This document shows positions 1 through 22,429 of a stretch of 64,000 nt of DNA, in pieces; the stretch's first letter is position 1, and each line of letters begins with the position of its first letter. The stretch is taken from contig BFEA01000016.1 in the NCBI GenBank assembly GCA_003427395.1, forward strand, positions 325,194-389,193, in the 5' to 3' direction. The stretch comes from Chara braunii. Lineage: Eukaryota; Plantae; Charophyceae. The translations under genes were made by a program, and so were the position numbers. The notes below the pieces were generated by a model. The model saw only the letters and a program-made list of their open reading frames with translations, was not told the origin of the DNA and did not search any database.

Positions 1-92
1 TTGCAAGCTATGATTCATCACGTACAAACATGAATTCAAACCCGAAAAACCACTTAATTTCTCCCACTTTCAGAATGTTCCTATGTGAATAT

Positions 93-1925
93 TCAACTAT
101 GTGATAACCACTTGTGGCGTGCGTCCAACAACGGAAAGTAAATATTCCTACAACCCTGTACTGTTCCACACATCACACTTGCCATTGTGAAGTGTGGAAT
201 CAGTCGAACAGGTATGTGTGTGTCATACAATCTTCTGGTTGTCTCTATGATTTTAGCGGAAGTGAAAGAGCGGACCACCTCCTCTGAGGGGATTAGCGGG
301 AAGCCATCTGTGTCTGTGGTTGTCAAGAAAAAAACTCCTCTGTCCGTTTGGGTACACAGTACAGAGGCTAGACACCTCTGTACTGTTTCCATTTGGTTTA
401 TCTCTGCCACATCTGCTCTCCTGCTCTTATCAAACGTGCGCTTTGGCCTCTCCGCCTGTCTACGCCCTGAACCTGCTGAGCTCTCCATCGACAAAGAGGA
501 CCCTGATTTCACCATGTCCTCTTCTTCGCATTCGCTCTCCCACCGTACTCTCGATTGAGATGACAGGGAAGTCTTTGAGAGTTCTTCCTTCAGTCTTGAT
601 ATACTAGACTGAGGGAATACAAAACCTCCTCCCCCGATTGCCTCGTCTCCTTCTTCTCGAATGGTGGGGATCAAATGTGAAGGGCCTTGGCGCCATAATT
701 GAGAGTTTTCCCCCCTGTTCCTCCAACTATCTTCACCTTGGGCGTCCCACTGCAGCTTGAGAACTTTTTGGCGTCTTCTAGTTGAAGTGTCACTCCCCTC
801 CCACTTGGGTACTTCGAGATCCTGTTGAGGCCTTTCCTGTTCTTGGCAGGCTAACTGTCTCTTATTGTACGTGGCTGAGGGGTACCTGGGTCGAGGGTGC
901 TCGATAATACCGTGTCCCAAACCATAACTCGGCTCCCGACCTCCCTGGAACTATTGCTGGTGGTACATCATCCCTTCAACTGGTGGCACTTGGTACTCCA
1001 GGCAGTCCTGCCCGATGACCAGGCCTGAGGGGTCTTGGTATCTCACCTTCATAGATCCTTCCCTGTGTGGGACATTTGCAAATGACCCTGGCCACTCATC
1101 CTTGGGTGCCCACGTAGGCAACAAGGACTGACCTGGTCCTCTTGCTTGGTCTTCTCCCCCAATATGGTCCCCCTTCCAAGTCTGATGTTCACTTGCTGCA
1201 TGTCTTAGCTGACCACTTGAACCCGATCTCCCCTGTCCTTGAGTGTGGTCCCTAATGTGGAACCCTTGGAACGATGTACCGGGGCCGTGAAGAAGGGAGC
1301 TTGAGGCTGCGTGCGCTTGGTTCAGTTGGAGTCGACTGTTGTTCTGTCGGGAAACTTCTAAGACACAGCTTGTACTCGGTTGAGGAGTTACACGTCTTTG
1401 TGAACGATCCTCTTCTGGGTTGTTCCTCCTGTCTTCCCTGGGGTCCTGGACTTGGTTCAACAGGTACTCCCGGAACCTGGCTTTGTGCCCACCTTGCCTG
1501 TCTCAATTACCTCTGCGACTATCGAGGACAATTTTCCTTAGTATGATAGTACTACTTGCACCGACAACACCAGTTGGTGTAAGGGGAGACTATGTCCACC
1601 CTCCAGCGTTCTCCCTTAGGTGACTCAGTCACCTGATCATCGTCGCTTTGCCCTCTTGCTTCCGGCGGCATATCGAATTTTACGTTCATGAGCTTGGGTC
1701 TGTCCCTATCGTACTCTTGATTGTGCATCTCTACTACTTTGCCGAACATTCCCCTTACCGCACTCTTCAGATAGTAGTACGCATCCAGGGGGACCCTCGA
1801 GGCCATGATCCAGAATCTAGTTTCTGCTTCTTGTAATCTCGCCTCCTGTAACTCTTGCGAAGATAGTGGTGGTTTGAATAACACCTGGTATTCCTTCGAT
1901 TCCTTCGGGCCCAGGCACAAATGCA
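93..1925 (-). mobile_element. LINE (L1/Tx1-type) ORF1 remnant, inverted relative to the adjacent ORF2
   Basis: The minus strand reads ...FWIMASRVPLDAYYYLKSAVRGMFGKVVEMH...PYTNWCCRCK*YYHTKENC. This is a CX2CX4HX4C zinc knuckle broken by a stop, followed by low-complexity ORF1-like sequence (ORFs 951-1460 and 93-920). Confidence 0.7.
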
Positions 1926-3375
1926 TTTTGATACCAAGGCCCAATGGCTGGACGGAGGGTTTGCAATTACCTCGGGAGTCCTGGATGTCATTTCTAGAAT
2001 CCTCGCAAGAAAACGGAACAGGAAGGAAGCAGACTGCAAAAGAAGGGTGGAAGAAGCGGAGGAGCGCATGGAGGGTCATCCGATATCAAAAGTGGTATGG
2101 GTCGCGAAGAGGGAGAGAAGACTGAACGAGTGGGACAAACTGCAAGAAGAGAAACACAAAAGGTGGTCAGAGATCTTGAAAGTCAAGGGCATTGAGACTA
2201 GCGACAGAATAACCAATGAAAACTTTCAACGTTTGATGTTACGACGCACACAATAACAAATGGTTGAGTTGAGGCACCTGTTCGACCGGACAACCCCGAT
2301 AGCCAGCGTTGCTGCAGGCATGCTACATTACGCCAAAATGTACTACATGGACATCCTTACCTCCAGATGCCCCCAAAAGAGTGTGAACTTAGACCTGTTC
2401 AGGGTCTAGTTTCTGCTTCTTGTAATCTCGCCTCCTGTAACTCTTGCGAAGATAGTGGTGGTTTGAATAACACATGGTATTCCTTCGATTCCTTCGGGCC
2501 CAGGCACAAATGCATTTTGATACCAAGGCCCAATGGTTGGACGGAGGGATTGTAATTACCTTGGGAGTCCTGGATGTCATTTCTAGAATCCTCGCAAGAA
2601 AACGGAACAGGAAGGAAGCAGACTGCAAAAGAAGGGTGGAAGAAGCGGAGGAGCGCATGGAGGGTCATCCGATATCAAAAGTAGTATGGGTCGCGGAGAG
2701 GGAGAAAAGACTGAACGAGTGGAACAAACTGCAAGAAGAGAAACACAAAAGGTGGTCCAGGGGGATCCTCAATGCCATGATCCAGAATCTAGTTTCTGCT
2801 GCTTGCAATCTCGCCTCATGTAACTCTTGCGAAGATAGTGGTGGTTTGAATAACACCCGGTATTCCTTCGATTCCTTCGGGCCTAGGCACAAATGCATTT
2901 TGATACCAAGGCCCAATGGCTGGACGGAGGGATTGCAATTACCTCGTGAGTCCTGGATGTCATTTCTAGAATCATCGCAAGAAAACGGAACAGGAAGGAA
3001 GCAGACTGCAAAAGAAGGGTGGAAGAAGCGGAGGAGCGCATGGAGGGTCATCCGATATCAAAAGTGGTATGGGTCGCGGAGAGGGAGAGAAGACTGAACG
3101 AGTGGGACAAACTATAAGAAGAGAAACACAAAAGGTGGTCAGAGATCTTGAAAGTCAAGGGCATTGAGACTAGCGACAGAATAATCAAGGAAAACTTTCA
3201 ACGTTTGATGCTACGACGCACACAACAACAAATGGTTGAGTTGAGGCACCTGTTCGACCGGACAACCCCGACAGTCAGCGCTGTTGCAGGCATGCTACAT
3301 TACGCCAAACTGTACTACATGGACATCCTTACCTCGAGATGCCCCCAAAAGAGTGTGAACTTAGACCTGTTCAGG
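1785..3375. repeat. Tandem triplication of the LINE inversion junction
   Basis: Near-identical blocks at ~1785-2404, ~2405-2756 and ~2757-3375; the same translated peptides recur in the ORF track. Confidence 0.9.
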
Positions 3376-6340
3376 GACTCGGATATGTGGGAGGACACTA
3401 CAGTGAGGCTACAGCCCAACGCCAGACTGGATTTAGATCGACCGCTCAAATTATAATAGGTGAGGCAGACTCTCAAGATAATGGACAAAAGGAAGGCCCC
3501 GGGAGTAAACGGCCTCATAGTCAAATTCTACGCTGCCAACTGGGCTGCATTTGGCCCTGCACTAGTGGACCTGTACAACGAGGTCCTGGTTGGGGGAAAG
3601 CTTGGCAAGGGGATGACATACGGAATAGTTGTTGTGCTGTTCAAGAAGGGGGACAAATCGGAGGTACGAAACTGGAGGCCGATATCCCTCCTAAATGTTT
3701 CGTACAAAATGTTAGCAAAGACACTGGCACGCAGGCTGTCGAGGTACTTACCAAAGCTGCTGGAAAGAGACCAGAGCGCGTTCGTTTAAGGAAGGTCGAT
3801 TTTCAACAATATTGTCATGGGCATTGAGACGTTGGAAGTCGTAAAGAAGAAAAATCTGGACATGACGATCCTCTTCATAGACCTGGAGAAGGCATGCGAC
3901 AAAGTGGGTTGGACCTTCGTCCTCACCACTTTGAGGAGAATGGACTTTGGCGAAGGGTTTTGTGCCTGGATCATCGCAATGTACACGTACTCCATATCGT
4001 CGGTGATGATCAACGGTCACTTGTCGAATCCATTCCTGCTCTCGAGGTCCCTGAGACAAGGTTGTCCGCTCGCACTTCTGGTCTTCGTACTTCAATTGGA
4101 AGTGCTGTTGAACAGAATCCGTAAGCATCCGAGCATACATGGCCTCCGTCTGCACATTGGCGAGGACTGTAGGGTGAAGGCATTAGCAGACAATCTGTTC
4201 GCCGTGAGCGAAAACTCAGGGTCGTCCTTGTCGGCGCTGAAGGGTGTCATGATGGAATACTCCGAACTGTCCGAAGCGTCGGTCAACTGGAGCAAATCAG
4301 TGTACCTCCTTCCGACACAGTTTGTACTGAGAGTTGAATGAGGCATGAAAAGAGTGGAAGTGGGTGAGGAGGAGAGATTTGTGGGGTTTCTTATCAGTCT
4401 CCAGTTCGAGTCCTCGGCACAAGGCTTACTTCTGCTGCAACGCATTTCAGCAAGGCTCAAAATGTGGGAAATGACTTGGCATCTGTCCCTGCTGGGGCGG
4501 ACCCTCGTAGCGAATGTGGCATTGTTCTCGATTCTCTGGTTCGTATCAACAGTCAGAGAGTTGGCAACGGGGATTATAAGGGCAGTCAAGAAACTGGTGG
4601 GCCGATTCATCTGGAAGCCCCGGACAAGGCTCATTGAAGGGCTCATATCCAAGGTGGCGATGGACACTCTCTCCTTTCCTCGTCCCAAAGGAGGCTTGGG
4701 TCTTTTAGACTCAGCTCGTAGGAACCAGACTCAGTTGCGTAATTGGGTGGCTAAACTGACCACTTTAGCATCTAGGGAACACTGGGTGGGTGTAGCAGAA
4801 CACTTACTGATGGGAGAATGGGGTCTAAGCAGGGCGCAAGACGTTTGGGATTGCTTCTTTATCCCGTCCTTTCGGAAGAAGAAACTCAAGTCCAGATTTT
4901 GGGAACTGATCAGGAAGGCATTAAATCGTCTCCCACCGGATCTGCAAAGCCCCCCACACACGAAGGAAGAAGCGTTGAAGCAACTGTTGTTCGAAAATCC
5001 GGACGTAACAGATCAAAATTGGCAGTCCTTCAAAGCGGATGGGTCCACAGACTCTTTTGGCCAAGCTTGGGTCAACCGGAGCATAGTCCGGGTTTCGGAT
5101 TTGTGGTCGAGGTTGTTGAGGGCTGGAAGCCCCTGGAGGACATCAAGCAATCGCTTAGAGGTCTGCAAAAGGTGGAAAACAATTGGAGGAACATTATCCA
5201 AGGCATACCGTAGGAATGGTTGAGGCTGTTGGGTTCAGAAGGGGTAGATCCGGAGGGTACCTGGTACATCCCAAATCAAGTGGAAGAACCGAACGTGCTG
5301 TGGAAAGTCAGATAAGTTCTCCCTAGCGGATTCAAGCGCATCGAACGTTGGCGTTGCGAAGGCCCAACAAACACCCTACTTCTTGTGGGGCAGGATACAA
5401 TCTTAAGCTGGAATAACCCATTGCAAGCACGAGTCTTAGAAGTACGTGGCAAAAGACCTTTGACCCGTACTCTCACTTGGGTAGGAAGACTCCCGCTCAA
5501 CCAGCTCTGTATTGACCCTTCAGCATGGAGTTGGTCTGCAGAATCAGGCGGAGAAACAACACTGAGTATTGGTGAATACTCCGTCTCTCAGGGTTACCGA
5601 CAGCTTACACGCAATATGAAGACTCCGGCGCAGGTAGCGATCCCATGTTGGCAAGCGATATGGGAAGAAGACCTATCAGGCGCAGACACAGAGTTCGAAA
5701 GGCTATGGGAGTGTCTATCCAATCTCCCGAATGGTAAGAAGGTCAACCTCCTCTGGATGCTCTCGCTATTGGTCTCCCCCTCAGCAATATGGTTGATGAG
5801 CAGGGGTATGAAAGTAAGCCTCACGTGCACAAGATGTAGGTGACCATTCGAATCCACCAAACATCTGTGGTGGGAATGCCCCGCCTCTAAACGCATCTGG
5901 ATCTGGTGGGCGCACCATTGGAGAGAATGTGGCGGGTCGGGAGTGGATTGGTCCGAGAAATGGGTGCTTTTGGGCTTTCTCCCACCACACATAGAAAGAC
6001 ACCGTGGCTGGGGTTACGTCGCCCATGTGGTTTGAGGCCTGATCTGCGAGACAATTTGGAAGGACAAAAACAGGTCGAGGTTCGATAGACGGTCCTTCTC
6101 AGACGTGGAGGTTAAAGGGCACATCAAACAGGGTTTGAAACACGCCATTCGGGCAGACTGGAGACGCAAAGCCAAAGCAGGAAAAAGGAACAGGAGTCAG
6201 CTACGCTGGTTCCGCCACACCTGGGCGAAGAGTAGTCAATTGGTAACGGTTCACCCAAGGGAGAGCCTGATTTTTTCAGACTGGATTCTCAACAAGTCGC
6301 CTGTGCGGTGTCAGCACCAAGGCGGAGAAGGAGCTTAGAG
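1921..6340 (+). mobile_element. LINE (L1/Tx1-type) ORF2 pseudogene: linker, reverse transcriptase and C-terminal zinc finger
   Basis: Non-LTR RT motifs KAPGVNG, NWRPISLLNVSYKMLAK, DQSAFV, DLEKACDKV and LRQGCPL are present; the catalytic motif is degenerate (LADN for YADD). The C-terminal CTRCR*PFESTKHLWWEC lies at ~5826-5880. There are several stops and frameshifts, and no APE domain on this strand. Confidence 0.9.
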
Positions 6341-7104
6341 AGTAGGTCAAGAGGCAGTAAGGAACCGTAAGCTTCACCAGGACACTCTGTGCTGTAGGGT
6401 CGTTGTGGGCCGCTAGGAGAGTGTCAGTCAGTAGGACCGGATTCTGTCCTCTGGGCCGTGTTAGTCCTAGACGTAGTTAACAACCGATTAGTGAGGTTAG
6501 TAGCCTTCTTTCAAAATGCTATCAACGGTCTCTTTCTCCAAATTGCAAGTTCATGTTTTCGGTGAGCAGCAAAGAATATGGTGTTGTAGGAAGTGCTCTA
6601 GTTTTGGAGAGGTAGATAAGTCTTCGAAAGTGAAGTGCAAAAGTATTCCCAGACAAGAGCCTGTAAGCTAAGCTGGCTGATGCTGTCAGTACTTCCGGGT
6701 TGAATTGTGAGGTCCCCGGCCTCGAAGTCCATTTATAATGAATTGTTGCTGAAAAAAAAAAAAAAAAATCCAGCCGTGGCTCGCATGGCCCACCAAATTT
6801 TCGCATTCAACTTTTAATTCAAACCTCATTTCTGTCATTTGCAAAAACCAGGGCGGATACCCTTGTAAAGGTATTCACGCCGACAGCGGGATTTGAAACA
6901 TACGTCAGCCATTGGTTATCCTGACAATTATTACCTTCGTGAGGCTACCTCACAACCCATCCTCTCATCAATGCTCCTAGTGCATCCCCTATCCCCACTA
7001 TCCTTCCTGAGTGTGAATCACTCATGACTATCATCCTACCGTTTCAAAGGGTGACTTGGACCGAATAGCAGGTATAGGCACCAAGTCTAAGCAGGCTAGC
7101 GCCC

Positions 7105-7650
7105 ACGAACTTGTCCGGACTGTAGTAGCTTACCCAAGGCCAGGCGGAGCGACTTATATCCCTACCTACCGGTAGTCCTGGATGAAGCGGAATAGAACGA
7201 GCCTTGTCGTGCGGGACTCTAGGCCACTCCCACGGTCACAGGCTGGAAAACGGCGCCCTCGCGGTCTGAAGTCGTTGAAGCCATCGGTCCAGACTGTCCT
7301 AGTGTACCCAAGGCTAGGCGCACAGCCGGTGCGCCATCGGTCCGGACTGTCCTAGCTCACCCAAGGGTAGGCGCACAGCCGGTGCGAGTTATATGGCTAC
7401 CCAGCCCTGGTTGAAGCGGGATAGAACGAGCCTTGTCGTGCGGGACTCCGGGCCGCTCCCACGGTCACGGGCTGCATACCCGCGCGCCTCGAAGCCATCG
7501 GTCCGGACTGTCCTTAGCTTACCCAAGGCTACGGTAGGCGGACAGCCGGACCGACTTAGAACGAGCCTTGTCGTGCGGGACTCCAGCCCACTCCCACGGT
7601 CACGGGCTGCATACCCGCGCCCCCGCGGTCTGAAGTCGTTGAAGCCATCG
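7105..7650. repeat. Complex tandem repeat immediately upstream of CDKB
   Basis: AGAACGAGCCTTGTCGTGCGGGACTC occurs at ~7193, 7423 and 7558, and GTCCGGACTGTCCTAGCTTACCCAAGG-like units recur four times. Confidence 0.85.
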
Positions 7651-7674
7651 AGCAAATCGTAGGCCGCATCGCGC

Positions 7675-7815
7675 CAGCTTTGGCGATATGTAGACGGTAG
7701 ACGCTAAAAAGGCAAAGACGAATTTGAATTGTGTCGTTGCGCGCGCGCACCGTTCTTCTGTGTTCCCGCGCTGTTCGTTTTGCTCTCAAGGGTTCTTCGT
7801 GTTCATCGAGTAGCC
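7675..7815 (+). promoter_or_regulatory. Putative CDKB proximal promoter/5'UTR with cell-cycle-like motifs
   Basis: E2F-like TTTGGCG (~7679), CHR-like TTTGAA (7723-7728) and an MSA core AACGG on the minus strand (CCGTT, 7750-7754). These are short motifs and could be chance matches. Confidence 0.3.
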
Positions 7816-16469
<8,654 letters not shown>

Positions 16470-19400
16470 GTATGTTTTGAAGATATCCTTATTATGATAG
16501 CGAATTGCAGGAGCTCCCTCTCCAGCTCCTCACACTGCGCCTACTGTCTCAGAACTTTGTATGGATAATCTAGTCAACCTTCTACATGTAGAGTACATAT
16601 GCTATTTCTATCATCGCATCATTGTTCCGCAGAAATATGGAAGTTTCCAGTTGCCTCGTCCAGCGGGGCATTTGGGTGAACGAGAGAGTTCTATTGTCCA
16701 TTAATGGCCCTGTGCGATAAAAGCACACCACTTCGTGTGCTCAATTGACTGGTGTCTGACTGGTCTTGCTGTTTCCTTGGTTTCTGAGGCAAAGAAACAA
16801 AAGAGTTTTGTAAGTGTTGGATGGGTGGGAAGTAAACGTGCGTAGTGAGCTCTTTGTCTGTGTATGGATCGCAGTGCCGCTTGAGAAGATTGGGGAAATG
16901 CTTGCATCCCCAAATTTTTGGAGTGACACTTCGATCCATGTGGAGACTGAACGACCCTCGTTGGGCGCCCAGCTTAAAAGTGATGGGAAAGGATGTGTAT
17001 TATGTAGGGCCGAAAGGTGTCGAGTGCCCAGCCAAAGGCAGTTTGTGAAGTATGGGGAGTTGCAAGTGGTCAGGGAATCATATGGAATTGGGTGGATGTG
17101 CAAGTTGTTCTGGGCTTCGGCACGAGGCTGCTTGGCAACGGCGGGAACCAGTGTTGCTGTTCCAGGGTAGCCAAAAACAGGGTGAATGTGCATGCATAAT
17201 GCGAAATCGTCATTGCGGCTCATGTATGAATTTGTTTATGGAGAGGGGTAGGATCATGATTGTCAGTAGCTTGCCATATAATGTGACTGAGAGGAATAGA
17301 GTCATATGATTTGTCGAGGCAGTTGGTGGCGAAGGCCCTGGATGTGGGGTACGCCTTGTGCACTCAACTTAGACTGCGAAGGTCACCCACCGGTTTTCTA
17401 AATCGGAGATGCTAGTCAGGCTTGGAAGAGATGCCATGGGATGCAGCATCCTTGTCTCGCTGCTCGCGGAATTCTGCTGGTGAGTGTCAATGCCGTCGTT
17501 TGTGCTTTGGCAGTCCGCGGTAGAAAGAAAGCGATGAGCATCAGTGGGAGCATCACTGGGAGCTGAAGAATGTTTTTAATTTTTTAAGATTTTATTTTTA
17601 AGATCACTGTGGTTATGTTCATGAAAATGGGTAGTCCGTTCTGAGATGTTATGCCATCTACAGACAGCGATGTGGGCGAAACAACCATTTCAGCAGAGCG
17701 ATGTGCTCTGATCTCTGGTGTGAAAGTTCAATGAGGAGGTGTCCGATGAGGATGGGCTTGAGGGGATGGAGTTGATGCACTAAAACTTCCTTGTTGCTCT
17801 GGAGTGTGCTGCTGTTTCTGAATGACGGTTGTCAGCACGACTCTTGCGTGCTGCTGTCATGCTGCCGTTCATTTTTTTTTAATCTCCAGGTTTTGTTGAA
17901 TTGAGTGATGGCACCGGCCGATCTTGCAATGTTTGTTCCGAATTCAAGGATGTGGGCAAAGTACCTCTTCATCTGTCTTGGAATGTTTTGGATTTGAGCG
18001 ATGTCATTGTGTTGGAAATGGTGGTTTATAGCCGTGGAACAAGGAGCTTCAGGCCTATATGGGTTACATGAAGGAGCGGCTGCCATTTATTGTTCCGGGG
18101 GTTGTCTCGCAATGTTTATTGGACGAGTAGTCTTTTGTGCATGATGTGTATATCAAACAAAATGGGAAAGGTAGAGGGTAGTGGAGGAGCAACTTTTGTC
18201 GCTGATTCTTCTATGAGCCAAAAATTCTGTGAAATGTTGGCTTCTCCCTTGTACAGTTATTGGGAGATTGCCTGTCCATCAGATAATGCTCCAATTTCGT
18301 CAACATCATTAAGCCCGATTTGAACTCTACGTGGTTGGTCCCTCGGGTCGCCCATAGGAAATACTGGTCTCGATTGTGGGAAACAAATAATGTAATCAAT
18401 GAACTCGAGTCACTTGACGTCCTTTTTTTTTATGTTTTGTGGTCGTTTTCACCTGAGCTTTCCTCAGGGTGGCTTAGCCAGGGCCATCTGAGAAATTAAC
18501 AGAGCGATGTCACAATTATTGCCTGCTATCAAGGAGCTATGTGGTTCTTGAAGTTGACTATCTTATGCCTGAAGGTTCGTGATGGCCCTGCTACTGCTAC
18601 TGCTATGCTAAGCTATCCTTGCATGACACTGGCTAGCTGTATGATCAGGTTCGTGCTTTCTAAGCTTGAACTTGGCACCACTAGCTCTTAGAGAAAGTCT
18701 GCCAACCCCAAAGGAAGCCCATAGCTACAACCTGTAGCCATTGCAGTAGTGCCGAAAGGGCACTTCGACACCTGTTTTGTCGGTATGGCAGGTGGGCCCA
18801 ATATCATTGTCTTGTTTTCACAGTAAATACCTTGACCTGGTAGGACCTGTGGTGGAAGAGTGTTGGAACGTGCTGAGCATTTGTGGCTGTATGCAAGGCT
18901 TCCATAGATAGGCAGGGTCGGCGTATCCCCGGAATCCCCAAAGATAATAGATACCGGATTCCTTTCGGCACAATCCCACGTAGTCGCCCATGCCCTTGAA
19001 TCTCGACCTGCTGTGCCAATCTTAGGTGTCTTTTTTGTTTTAGTGTATAGCTTGGATTGCTACCACACAAGTGCATTGACACAGAAAACGTCTCACTGCT
19101 TCGGAGAACTTCCTGACATTTTGCATTGATGTGAGAGGATGATTTGATCTGCTGTGTGGAACAGTGGAATTGGCATGAGATCAGGAGCATAAAGAGGGGT
19201 TAACCAGAGGTCTGGACCTGTGGTGGGTTATCCTACCGGAGCCTGCATCACGTTGTAGAACCCTCCGCGCAGCAGTTTGCCACGTTCAATGACTTCGTAG
19301 GCTGGTGTAAGTGTTTCTCGAGGCTGATGCCATCAAAAGACTACTGAATGCAAACGCTAGCTGTGATGAGTATGCCTGGTCAATGGGGGATGAAACGGTG

Positions 19401-21938
19401 AGAGTATGGGAGGGGGATGTAATGGGGAGAGCATGTTTACCTGAACAGCCTGCTGGGAACTGGAAACCAGAATACTCGATGCTCCAATCTATATTCGTGG
19501 GGAGCAACACGGCTAGGAGCGGGCCCAGAATCCCTTATCAGAATTCAAAAAATGAGCTGCCGGGGCCATTACTTGGCTTCGGCTAAGAACAATTGAAGAA
19601 AAAAAAAAGAACTAAGAAGCATTCATGGTCCACTACTAGAACTCTACCAAGTCACTAGAAAGCCACCCAACCGCGAGTCAGATAGGTGAAACCTATTCAT
19701 TTCACCTACGACTACCACCAGCATGGGTGTTTTCAGAACGAACCGAAGCTCTTTCAGGCCTTGTGATCCCATCAGGCTAGGTTACAGACTTGTGCCACCT
19801 TGCTCCAGCACCGGCCAGCATTGCTCCAGTTATGACCCCCGATGGCCACTGAGACTGCCCCCGCAAACAGCCCCCCAGATCTCTCTGCCAGTCCTCACTC
19901 ACCCACTAAGCTAGGTCACAGAGTTGCGCCGCCTGGCTCCGGCTCCGGCCAGCGTTGCTCGAGCATCGGTCTTCCAGGGCCACCGAATTTTCGGCCACCC
20001 TTTCCAGGGCCAAATAGCACCTATTCGTACAACCCTCTCGAGAGGCAAACCAAATGGAAACGAATACTAAACTGGATGTTGGGATTCTTCGAGAGAGATC
20101 ACCCCTCCCCGCCCCTCCCTTTCCCCCCTCAGCCCTACACTGCCTCCACCGAGGTGAGCCTCCCGATCTCCCTTGGCCCCAATATAGGACCAACCCTCTA
20201 CCCCCCTTTCCCCAGGTGCACACAGTTCCCACCTAAAGCATGTCCCCCCGCCACTTGCCCATTTCTGCCTCCGCTGGGACTGATGTTGACCCACACACCA
20301 GCCCCTGCCCCAGAATAGGGCAACCCCCTACTACGCCCCTACCCTCTTTGACAAATTCACCCCCTGCCTTGTGATGCCCCTGCAAGATAGAGCTCCCCCT
20401 TCCCCCTTCGTACAGTTCAGTCCTCTGGGAACGATCCGATCCAGTCGATTATTGATGACACACTTACCAAAATGTAGAATCACTTCATGCAAATCGCAAT
20501 TTGGAAAAGCAGGGCCTATTACACTGGTCATGCAAATAGGTTGTTTCTGTGATCAAAGATATAAACAGATTGTTTCCCTACCAAATTCTTGGACTTGTGT
20601 TCGAAAATATTAGGTGGGTAATGTTGTGGATGATATGGAGGCACACCGACTGCCACCAAGCTGGCATGAATGGCCTTATTTTGGGATTTATCTTTGAGGC
20701 GAGTCTTTGCCTAGTGACCCTCTTTAGAGGGGGCTGTGAAGGGCCTTTTGCGACCTATTTCTATGACGTGTGTTCTTTTTCGGTTAATTTGGACTTGCGG
20801 ATTTTCGAATCATACTCGTGAAATAGGCTTTGCGTGGTTGATGGACTTGGCGGTGGCATTTCGATTTCACAAATCGACATGTTACCGTTTCTCTGAAGGA
20901 CCCCTACTCTCTACTCCACCTGCACTCGCTCTCCTCTCTTGCAAAGGCTTTTACCTCCAATGTTGCAGCATTCCAGCATCCAGCTGACCAAGGCATGAAT
21001 GCATGAGTCACTGCTGCAGGGCAGTGTTTTGTAAGGTCTCATCATGTGGCTTAGATTTTTTGTTCTGAGAGGCCCACATTTGCTGTCGGCCAGCTTGATG
21101 TGTGTCAAATCCCAACCGCCTCAGAAACTTCGCTGAGTCCTAGAGTAGCTTGTTGGGTCTGAGGCCCAGGGGTCTCTTTGACCTGGCTCCTGTTGAGATT
21201 GGTTTCTGGTGCCTGAATAAAGGCTGGGAACATGCCTTCTGCCTGTAGGCTTGACGGAATGTGATGACCGGTACTAGTTTCCTATGGGTCTTAATGTTTT
21301 TTAGATTTCGTTTTTGTATCTTGCAGCGTCAAACCCTTAACGCCCGGGCAGCAGGCATATTAGATGCCACTGCACACCGTCAGCAGATATTGTAGCGTAA
21401 ATAGGAAAACCCTGCTGGAGAATAGACAAGGAGGTAGGAAGGAGTTCAGTAACGGTACAGACCAGAACAAGAAGTGACCTCTCTCACATAGTACAAGATT
21501 GCACAGCGGAAGGCTTAAATAGCAATGATCAGAACAATCAATGTTGCCATGCAGACCACCAAACATACATCATCATCATTCCATGGTGTGAAGGGGCCTG
21601 GCGCTCACACAGGAAGAATGCGCCAGTCCCCAACTATGCACAGACGAAGAAGAGGGGGGTTAGACGAAGAAGAGGGGAAGATGGGGATGTCGTCAACACC
21701 AAGTCTTCGGTACAGTCCCCAAATAATCCCTCGTCAAATGTCTGAATCCCAATGTCGAGTCTGGATCCAAATGTCGCCAAGTCCCAGAGTCACCAATCTC
21801 CCTCTCTCGTAGTCTGCAGATACTGAGAAGTCAGGTAGCGAGAGGGTGAGGAAGAGATGGCACCTTGTTGCAGGTACATCGAAGACGAAGCTGGAGCTAT
21901 CTCCTACTAGCGCCCAGTGCTGAAGACTACTCCTCCAA

Positions 21939-21996
<58 letters not shown>

Positions 21997-22429
21997 NNNN
22001 NNNNNNNNNNNNNNNNNNNNNNNNNNNNNNNNNNNNNNNNNNNNNNNNNNNNNNNNNNNNNNNNNNNNNNNNNNNNNNNNNNNNNNNNNNNNNNNNNNNN
22101 NNNNNNNNNNNNNNNNNNNNNNNNNNNNNNNNNNNNNNNNNNNNNNNNNNNNNNNNNNNNNNNNNNNNNNNNNNNNNNNNNNNNNNNNNNNNNNNNNNNN
22201 NNNNNNNNNNNNNNNNNNNNNNNNNNNNNNNNNNNNNNNNNNNNNNNNNNNNNNNNNNNNNNNNNNNNNNNNNNNNNNNNNNNNNNNNNNNNNNNNNNNN
22301 NNNNNNNNNNNNTGGCGTTGAAGTTCAAACAAAGGTTGTCTTGAAAACAGGTCGAAAATGGCCTGTGCGAAAACCCTGGTCTGGTGCCTAAGTTTCAGGG
22401 CAGGTCGATCTTACGAGTGCCTGAAAATG

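Noticed and set aside
6752-6768. A-run as the LINE poly(A) tail
   Set aside because: It is ~400 bp past ORF2, no TSD can be checked inside the window, and A-runs are common here.
19842-20318. Proline-rich 158-aa ORF
   Set aside because: C-rich low-complexity sequence with no domain or splice support.
21865-22344. ORFs spanning N-gaps and microsatellites (also ~32.6, 40.0, 46.4-47.6 and 59.1-59.6 kb)
   Set aside because: Artefacts of N runs and dinucleotide repeats.
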